A DNA stretch of 32,000 bases from Candidatus Iainarchaeum sp. Its GTDB lineage: Archaea > Iainarchaeota > Iainarchaeia > Iainarchaeales > CSSED10-239. The position numbers and the translations under genes were made by a program. Positions 26,424 to 32,000 of this stretch are shown here, one piece after another (position 1 is the stretch's first letter; every line of letters starts with the position of its first letter). The stretch lies in the NCBI GenBank assembly GCA_037441475.1, contig JBBISB010000001.1, positions 276,418 to 308,417 on the forward strand, written 5' to 3'. The notes below the pieces were generated by a model. The model was not told the DNA's origin. It was given only the letters and a program-made list of their open reading frames with translations, and searched no databases.

Positions 26424-27005
26424 TTATTTTGCTTTTTCAACTATATATATACCATCATCAAAAACTCTGTAATCTTTTTTCTTAAGTCTTGCGATTGATT
26501 CTATATTTCCTGCTACTTGACCTACTTTTTGTTTATCAATTCCTGAAAGAACTACTTCCTTTCCAGAAACATCAATTTTAACGCCTTCAACAATATTTAC
26601 AACTCTAGGTTTTTTCTCACCATAAAAGTTTGTAATTATAAATTTCTTACCATCAACTTTTGCAGTCATTGGAAAGTGAGAATAAACTATTTGCATTTTA
26701 CACACATATTGTTTATTAAAACCTGCAATTGCATTGTTAATTATCTTTTTTAAAGTATTTGATACAGAAACATATTTTTTCTTTTTATTATTTGGTTTTA
26801 AAATAATAGAAGAATCTTTATCCTCAACAAAAACGTAAACATGATTGTAAGGCACAACTTGCTTAATAGAACCCTTTTCAAGAACAATTTCATGAAGATC
26901 TATTTTTACAGTAATTCCTGATGGAATTTTAACTATATTTTCTTTAATTTCAGTTTTAACTTTTTTTTCAGTCACAAAAATCACTTTTTTAAATTTAATA
27001 AACAT
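26424..27005 (-). CDS. rpl6: Ribosomal protein uL6
   Basis: IKIPSG-type N-terminus, NAIAGFNKQYVCKMQIVYSHFPMTAKVDGKKFIITNFYGEKKPR. Confidence 0.94.
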   Translation of the reverse strand: MFIKFKKVIFVTEKKVKTEIKENIVKIPSGITVKIDLHEIVLEKGSIKQVVPYNHVYVFVEDKDSSIILKPNNKKKKYVSVSNTLKKIINNAIAGFNKQYVCKMQIVYSHFPMTAKVDGKKFIITNFYGEKKPRVVNIVEGVKIDVSGKEVVLSGIDKQKVGQVAGNIESIARLKKKDYRVFDDGIYIVEKAK

Positions 27006-27384
27006 ATGCTACTAATCTTCCACCAAGACCTTTTTGCTTTGCAAGCTTGTGGGTCATTAAACCACTTGTTGTGCTTACAATAAATATACCAACCTCTCTT
27101 GAGATTAAAAAAGATTTTTCAAACTTTTCATACTCATCGTGTTTTACAGCAAATCTTGGTTTTATAGCCTTACACTTATTTATTCTACCGTCCAAATATA
27201 CAACAACCTTCTTATGTGGGGCCTTATCAACAATTTTAAAATTACTGATATAGCTCTCGTTTTTTAGCACTGTCAAGATATTTTCAAGTAACTTAGAATG
27301 GCTAAGTGTACATATCTTTTTTGCTACATTTTCTGCGTTGTTTATATTATTCAAAGCATTTGAAATTGGATCGTTCAAACTCAT
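26995..27384 (-). CDS. rps8: Ribosomal protein uS8
   Basis: DPISNALNNINNAENVAKK...AIKPRFAVKHDEYEKFEKSFLISREVGIFIVSTTSGLMTHKLAKQKGLGGRLVAYVY; overlaps uL6 by 11 nt. Confidence 0.95.
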   Translation of the reverse strand: MSLNDPISNALNNINNAENVAKKICTLSHSKLLENILTVLKNESYISNFKIVDKAPHKKVVVYLDGRINKCKAIKPRFAVKHDEYEKFEKSFLISREVGIFIVSTTSGLMTHKLAKQKGLGGRLVAYVY

Positions 27385-27410
27385 TTATTTCACCTAAATG
27401 CACTAAAATT

Positions 27411-27602
27411 TTAATCGTATTTTTTAAACCCTAACTCTAAAGCAAGGTTATTAAAGCATCTTCTACAAATCCTAAGATTGTATTTGTTTATAACTCCTCT
27501 GTGAGTGCCACAGAATCTACATGCTTTCGATCTTTGATATTCTTTACTAGTTTTACTAACTTTTGGTAAAACTTTTTTGTCTCTTTTTTCATTTGTAGTC
27601 AT
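27411..27602 (-). CDS. rps14: Ribosomal protein uS14 (zinc-binding type)
   Basis: ACRFCGTHRGVINKYNLRICRRCFNNLALELGFKKYD. Confidence 0.96.
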   Translation of the reverse strand: MTTNEKRDKKVLPKVSKTSKEYQRSKACRFCGTHRGVINKYNLRICRRCFNNLALELGFKKYD

Positions 27603-28123
27603 TCAACCACTACCTTTAATTTTTCTTGAGCATATTTAATTGCATCATCTTTAGATATCTTATGATTTTTTCCTACTTTTGAAACATCGTGTTTTCTTTG
27701 TTTTACTCTATAACCTTTTCTTCTAAGCGAAACACATACATCAAAACCTTTAATTCCAAGTTCAGGATCATATTTAATTCCAGGAACATCTAAGTATTCA
27801 TGTATACCGTAGGAAAAATTACCATCTTTTGAAAAAGATCTTTTCTTTATAATATTTCTTTTAGCTTTTAAAGTTAGTTCAATAAAGTCTAAAGCTTCTT
27901 GTCCTCTAAGAGTAGTTTTACAACCAATTGGTATTCCTGGTCTTATTCCCCATGTAGGAAGTTTAACTTTACACATTGTTTTAACTGCTGGTTTATTTGT
28001 TAAAAGTTTAATTATCTTTATTGCTTTTTCAAGCTCAGGGCCGCCTTCTCCAACACCTATGTTTACTACAACCTTTTCAACAAAGACATCTTTCATAATA
28101 TTTGGTTTTGTTTCATTTGACAT
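27599..28123 (-). CDS. rpl5: Ribosomal protein uL5
   Basis: VFVEKVVVNIGVGEGGPELEKAIKIIKLLT...YGIHEYLDVPGIKYDPELGIKGFDVCVSLRRKGYR. Confidence 0.96.
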   Translation of the reverse strand: MSNETKPNIMKDVFVEKVVVNIGVGEGGPELEKAIKIIKLLTNKPAVKTMCKVKLPTWGIRPGIPIGCKTTLRGQEALDFIELTLKAKRNIIKKRSFSKDGNFSYGIHEYLDVPGIKYDPELGIKGFDVCVSLRRKGYRVKQRKHDVSKVGKNHKISKDDAIKYAQEKLKVVVE

Positions 28124-28135
28124 AAAATATCACAT

Positions 28136-28825
28136 TCAATTAATAACTATTATATTTTTTTCAACAGTTTCAAAGTCAATACCGCTTGCTTTTAATTTTA
28201 TTAAAGATGGTCTTTTCATAGTCCCTTCTTTAATGTCTTCAACTTTACCTTTCTGGCCAGTGTGTTTTCCTGCAAGAACAAAAACATCTCTTCCTTTTTC
28301 AAGTGGAAAATATTCTTTTATTGTGTTTTCTAAAAGATCAAGTTTTATTGAAGCACCAACTTTGTATGCTTGGTTTGCTGTTAAAAGTACTCTTCCATCG
28401 TTTGTTGAAAGTTGTACTTGTCCGTTTTTAATTATTTTTTTTGATTTTATTTTACAAATCTTAAAGTTTGCTTTTGCTTTATCAATTTCTTCTAAAACAT
28501 AAGCGCCGTTTGTAGCGTAAACTAAGACATAGTATTTTTCAAGTTTAGGTATTTCTATAACATCAAATAAACCAACTGGAAGGTTATACTTTCTTACAAG
28601 TTTTTTATCTACAAATATCTCTTTACTATTAATTATAAATTTAACTTCTTTTGTATTATCACAAACATTAAGTAAGTGTTTTAAAACAAAACCTATTGAA
28701 AGAGAGGTTGTCTTACTGTGTTTTCCAGGTTTAGGGTTGTAAATAAATCTTTTTGTTTTTGTAATACCACTTATTGAAGTTGCATTATTTATTTTTAATA
28801 CTTTATTTTCGCCTTTACTTGCCAT
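28136..28825 (-). CDS. rps4e: Ribosomal protein eS4
   Basis: GKHSKTTSLSIGFVLKHLLNVCDNTKEVKFIINSKEIFVDKKLVRKYNLPVGLFDVIEIP. Confidence 0.94.
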   Translation of the reverse strand: MASKGENKVLKINNATSISGITKTKRFIYNPKPGKHSKTTSLSIGFVLKHLLNVCDNTKEVKFIINSKEIFVDKKLVRKYNLPVGLFDVIEIPKLEKYYVLVYATNGAYVLEEIDKAKANFKICKIKSKKIIKNGQVQLSTNDGRVLLTANQAYKVGASIKLDLLENTIKEYFPLEKGRDVFVLAGKHTGQKGKVEDIKEGTMKRPSLIKLKASGIDFETVEKNIIVIN

Positions 28826-29200
28826 CTAATCCACCTTTTTTGGTGTTTTCTTTTTTTTCATTCTTCTTAAATCAGTTAAAACTAAATCTGTTATTAAAAG
28901 ATTTGAAGCTACAAGAGGACTCATTTTTTCTTGAGCTCTTGCATTTTTATATTTAATATCATTTACAAAAACTCTTGATTTAGAGTAATCTACTTTCTCA
29001 ATTTTACCAGTTTTACCCTTATTATCTCCAACCATAATTTTAACAGTATCTCCTTTTCTTACAGAGATTCTTTTAATATCATGTTTTTTTTGCAAAGGTT
29101 TATCAACAGGGCACACAAGTAATTTTCTTTTTGTGTGAAGTTTACCTTTATAGATTTTTAATCTTTGCTTACCAGGATTTTTTATTACATTTTTGTTCAT
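28826..29200 (-). CDS. rpl24: Ribosomal protein uL24
   Basis: RSVRKGDTV-type KOW: RISVRKGDTVKIMVGDNKGKTGKIEKVDYSKSRVFVNDI. Confidence 0.93.
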   Translation of the reverse strand: MNKNVIKNPGKQRLKIYKGKLHTKRKLLVCPVDKPLQKKHDIKRISVRKGDTVKIMVGDNKGKTGKIEKVDYSKSRVFVNDIKYKNARAQEKMSPLVASNLLITDLVLTDLRRMKKKKTPKKVD

Positions 29201-29230
29201 TTAAAATCATACTTTTAATTTTTATATTAT

Positions 29231-29629
29231 CTATATTACACTTGATGCAAGACCTGCAATTTTTGGAAATCTTTCACCAACTTCTTTTGCAACACAGCCT
29301 TTTACTTCAGATGACTTAGGAAAGCCCTTAATATCTGTTAAAACAACTGCATTATCTTCAAAACATATTCTTAAACCATTATATCTTCTGTATTCTTTTT
29401 TAACTCTTACAATAACTGCTTTTTCCATTTTTTTCTTTGTGTTAGGAGTACCTTTCTTAATAACAACGTTTACTAAAGAAGCTATTCCTGCCGAAGGGAA
29501 TTGTCTTTTTCTTCCTTTAAAGTTATATACAGAGATAATTTCAACTATCTTTGCACCACTGTTATCAGCACAGTTACATCTTGAGCCAACTATTAAACTT
29601 CTTACTAGACGTGCGCTTACTTGTTTCAT
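29231..29629 (-). CDS. rpl14: Ribosomal protein uL14
   Basis: LIVGSRCNCADNSGAKIVEIISVYNFKGRKRQFPSAGIASLVNVVIKKGTP. Confidence 0.96.
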   Translation of the reverse strand: MKQVSARLVRSLIVGSRCNCADNSGAKIVEIISVYNFKGRKRQFPSAGIASLVNVVIKKGTPNTKKKMEKAVIVRVKKEYRRYNGLRICFEDNAVVLTDIKGFPKSSEVKGCVAKEVGERFPKIAGLASSVI

Positions 29630-29910
29630 TTAATATCACTCTCTTTTGCTGAGTCAACTTTTTTAATAACTATTAAAGATTTAGTTTTACTTATCTTTCT
29701 TGTTTCTCCACATAAAACAACATCACCAACAGATATTGTTATTTCATCAGGAACATGAACAGCGTATCTACTCCTGTTAACTAAATATCTTTCATACTTA
29801 GGAATGTACTTTGTAGTTTTAACTTCGATTTGAGCTGTTTTTTTAGCTTTCATCTTAATTACTTTTCCTTCAATTAGTTTTCCTCTAACACTTAATTTAT
29901 TTTCAGGCAT
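29626..29910 (-). CDS. rps17: Ribosomal protein uS17
   Basis: TAQIEVKTTKYIPKYERYLVNRSRYAVHVPDEITISVGDVVLCGETRKISKTKSLIVIK. Confidence 0.94.
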   Translation of the reverse strand: MPENKLSVRGKLIEGKVIKMKAKKTAQIEVKTTKYIPKYERYLVNRSRYAVHVPDEITISVGDVVLCGETRKISKTKSLIVIKKVDSAKESDIK

Positions 29911-29916
29911 ATTAAA

Positions 29917-30108
29917 TCACAAAACTTCTTTAATTTTTAAGATTTCATTTTTTTTTATTTTAATTATTCTTTTTTCTTTTGTTTTTAAAACAATGATGTT
30001 TTTTGTTTCAAATATTATAAGGCCGGAAAGATTTACTTTATTTTTATCAGATGAATTTTCAATAAAAATTTCTTTTCCAATCATTTCAATATTTTTTAAA
30101 TTAACCAT
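29917..30108 (-). CDS. rnp1: Ribonuclease P protein component 1 (Rpp29/Pop4), short form
   Basis: IEMIGKEIFIENSSDKNKVNLSGLIIFETKNIIVLKTKEKRIIKIKKNEI; conserved position between uS17 and SUI1. Preferred ATG 30108 rather than TTG 30111. Confidence 0.8.
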   Translation of the reverse strand: MVNLKNIEMIGKEIFIENSSDKNKVNLSGLIIFETKNIIVLKTKEKRIIKIKKNEILKIKEVL

Positions 30109-30403
30109 CAATCAATTCCCCTTGGTAACCTTTCTCAATCAATAATTGTTTTACTTTATCTTTTTGATTACCTTGGATTTCAACAACTTTATCTTTAACT
30201 GTTCCACCACAAGCAAGTTTTTTCTTTAAAAATTTTTCAACATCCTTTGCTTCAGCAACTGTTTCAAATCCAGATACTTTTGTTGCATATTTTTTAAATT
30301 TTTTTCTCTCTAAGGTAACTTTAATTTGTTGGGATTCTTTTGAAATCTCGTTTAAATCAAAAATATCTTTTGAAAGATGACTTACAGAACTAATGTCCTT
30401 CAT
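30101..30403 (-). CDS. SUI1/eIF1 family translation initiation factor
   Basis: KKYATKVSGFETVAEAKDVEKFLKKKLACGGTVKDKVVEIQGNQKDKVKQLLIEKGY. Confidence 0.92.
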   Translation of the reverse strand: MKDISSVSHLSKDIFDLNEISKESQQIKVTLERKKFKKYATKVSGFETVAEAKDVEKFLKKKLACGGTVKDKVVEIQGNQKDKVKQLLIEKGYQGELIDG

Positions 30404-30405
30404 AA

Positions 30406-30633
30406 TTAAACATTACTCTCCACTTTTTTTTTAATATCTTTATTAATAATTTCATTCTTCTTTGTAAAATGTCTTGCGATGTCTTTTTTAATTTGTTTTT
30501 TCTTTGAAGTATTATTGGATTTTGTTTTTGATGCAAGTAAACCTTTAAAGTTCGCAAGCTCAAGTTTTAATTTACCTATCTTTTCTTCAATTTCAGAAAC
30601 ATTATTTAAAGTAACATTTTTCTTTTTAACCAT
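30406..30633 (-). CDS. rpl29: Ribosomal protein uL29
   Basis: EIEEKIGKLKLELANFKGLLASKTKSNNTSKKKQIKKDIARHFTKKNE; conserved position next to uS3. Confidence 0.85.
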   Translation of the reverse strand: MVKKKNVTLNNVSEIEEKIGKLKLELANFKGLLASKTKSNNTSKKKQIKKDIARHFTKKNEIINKDIKKKVESNV

Positions 30634-30656
30634 ATGAAAATCACATTCATTTAATC

Positions 30657-31508
30657 TTAAGCGTCAGTAGATTTCTCTACTTTCTCTTTAACTTCTTTTT
30701 TAACAGTTGCTTTTTTTGGAGCTGTTTCTTTTACTTTCTTAGTTTCCTTAGAAGGTTTTTCTTTAACAGCGGCTTCTTTAGTAGCAGCTTCTTTAACAAC
30801 TACTTTCTTTTCAGACTCAGTTTTTTCAAAAGCTTTCTTTTCAGCATCTTTCTTAACAATTGATTGTCTTTCTACAAGTTCTTCTTCTTGTATTTCCATC
30901 TTATATCTCTTAGATAACTCTAAAACATCTATCTTATCAGAAAATACAATATCAGGTTTTACTATTCTTAAAGTTATACCAATAGTTCCAAGACCAGGGA
31001 AGGTAGTTTTTTTTTCAATAGCAACTAATGATTTTTGATCTCCAGCTTTCTTCATATAACCAAAGAAGAATCTAGATTTTCTTTTTCTCTGTCCTTTTCC
31101 AGAGGTATTTCCTTTTGCAATTATTTCAGCACCAATAGCACCAGCTTCTTTAATTTGTTTTAAGGCATTATAAACAACACTTTTCCAAGGAGTACCTTTT
31201 CCAATATTTGAAAAAATATTTTCCATGATTACTTTAGGATCTAAATTTTTATTTGGAATCTCTCCAATCTCAATATGTACCTTTGTAAGATCAAACTTTG
31301 TTTCAAGTTCGTCTGTCAAAGATCTAATATTTGATCCTTTCTTTCCAATTATGAAACCTGGTTTTAAAGCATAAATAACAATTCTGGTATTAAAAACTGA
31401 TTTAATAACATCAACATCTATGTAACCTGCACTTGCAAGTTTCTTTTTTAAGAAATTTGATATTGCTATCTTCTTTAATTTATCTTTAACAAAATAATTT
31501 TCCTTCAT
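30657..31508 (-). CDS. rps3: Ribosomal protein uS3 with Lys/Glu-rich C-terminal extension
   Basis: VIYALKPGFIIGKKGSNIRSLTDELE...IIAKGNTSGKGQRKRKSRFFFGYMKKAG. Confidence 0.96.
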   Translation of the reverse strand: MKENYFVKDKLKKIAISNFLKKKLASAGYIDVDVIKSVFNTRIVIYALKPGFIIGKKGSNIRSLTDELETKFDLTKVHIEIGEIPNKNLDPKVIMENIFSNIGKGTPWKSVVYNALKQIKEAGAIGAEIIAKGNTSGKGQRKRKSRFFFGYMKKAGDQKSLVAIEKKTTFPGLGTIGITLRIVKPDIVFSDKIDVLELSKRYKMEIQEEELVERQSIVKKDAEKKAFEKTESEKKVVVKEAATKEAAVKEKPSKETKKVKETAPKKATVKKEVKEKVEKSTDA

Positions 31509-31511
31509 ACA

Positions 31512-31982
31512 TTATTCCTCTAGAACAATTACTTCAATGTTAGTTGATTTTGATTCTCTTTGCTTACCACCAGTTCTTCCAAGTGGCTGAGTTTTTCTTC
31601 TTGTAACTCCTTTAACAGCAAACATATGTATTATCTTTAACTTATCAACATCGAGGTTTAAATTTTCTGCATTTGCTTTAACATCAAGTAAAAGAGCTCT
31701 AATAGCCTTTGATGCATTTAATGGCCATCTTCCTGAAGGAACTCCCCATTTTGCTACACCTTTTCTGTGAGCAACTTTTTTATTGTATTGTCTTAAAGGA
31801 AGATGATCTTTCTTTTCCATAATATCTTCGCAGATTCTAATTGCTTTAGATAATGGTTTATTTTTAAAGTAATTTGAAAATTCAACAGCATACTTTGTAG
31901 ATATTGGAGTGTTTTGTTTACTTGCTTTTGCAATTTTCTTTTCATTAACTTTTTTTTGAAAATTATATATTTTATCTGCCAT
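31512..31982 (-). CDS. rpl22: Ribosomal protein uL22
   Basis: FKNKPLSKAIRICEDIMEKKDHLPLRQYNKKVAHRKG...GRWPLNASKAIRALLLDVKANAEN...GRTGGKQRESKSTNIEVIV. Confidence 0.95.
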   Translation of the reverse strand: MADKIYNFQKKVNEKKIAKASKQNTPISTKYAVEFSNYFKNKPLSKAIRICEDIMEKKDHLPLRQYNKKVAHRKGVAKWGVPSGRWPLNASKAIRALLLDVKANAENLNLDVDKLKIIHMFAVKGVTRRKTQPLGRTGGKQRESKSTNIEVIVLEE

Positions 31983-32000
31983 AAATATTCAACCTTACTT

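Noticed and set aside
1-32000. CRISPR array, transposase/IS element, inteins, defence system
   Set aside because: No regularly spaced direct repeats, no transposase or Cas-like proteins, and aIF2-gamma, aIF5B, SecY and the RNA polymerase subunits are of normal length without intein motifs.

Overview
The window is a gene-dense, AT-rich archaeal segment, probably from a reduced DPANN-type genome (inference from streamlined proteins and gene content). About two thirds of it is the conserved archaeal ribosomal/RNA polymerase/Sec gene neighbourhood on the minus strand. In transcription order this runs uL22, uS3, uL29, SUI1/eIF1, Rpp29, uS17, uL14, uL24, eS4, uL5, uS14, uS8, uL6, eL32, eL19, uL18, uS5, uL30, uL15, SecY, DUF106/EMC3-like, eL34, eL14 (51 aa, missed by the ORF track), uS13, uS4, uS11, Rpo3, tRNA-Leu(UAA), eL18, uL13, uS9, Rpo10, uS2, then TrmB, eL8/L7Ae, eS28, eL24, aIF5B, eS6, a frame-disrupted small gene, aIF2-gamma, PIN, Rpo7, Spt4, eS24, eS31/S27ae and a CPBP protease. 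The left 7.5 kb is accessory: a partial SufS-like cysteine desulfurase with a probable N-terminal frameshift, tRNA-Gln(CUG), a HAD/5'-nucleotidase-like protein, a geranylgeranyl-reductase-family flavoprotein, a large FnIII-containing membrane-anchored surface protein and a TraB-family protein. I found no defence island, CRISPR array, transposon or obvious multi-gene novel system. The best leads are an unexplained structured, locally GC-elevated intergenic element at about 7.52-7.76 kb (candidate unknown ncRNA), two homopolymer-associated frame disruptions, an uncharacterised small gene inside the translation cluster, and a probable AUU-initiated membrane protease.
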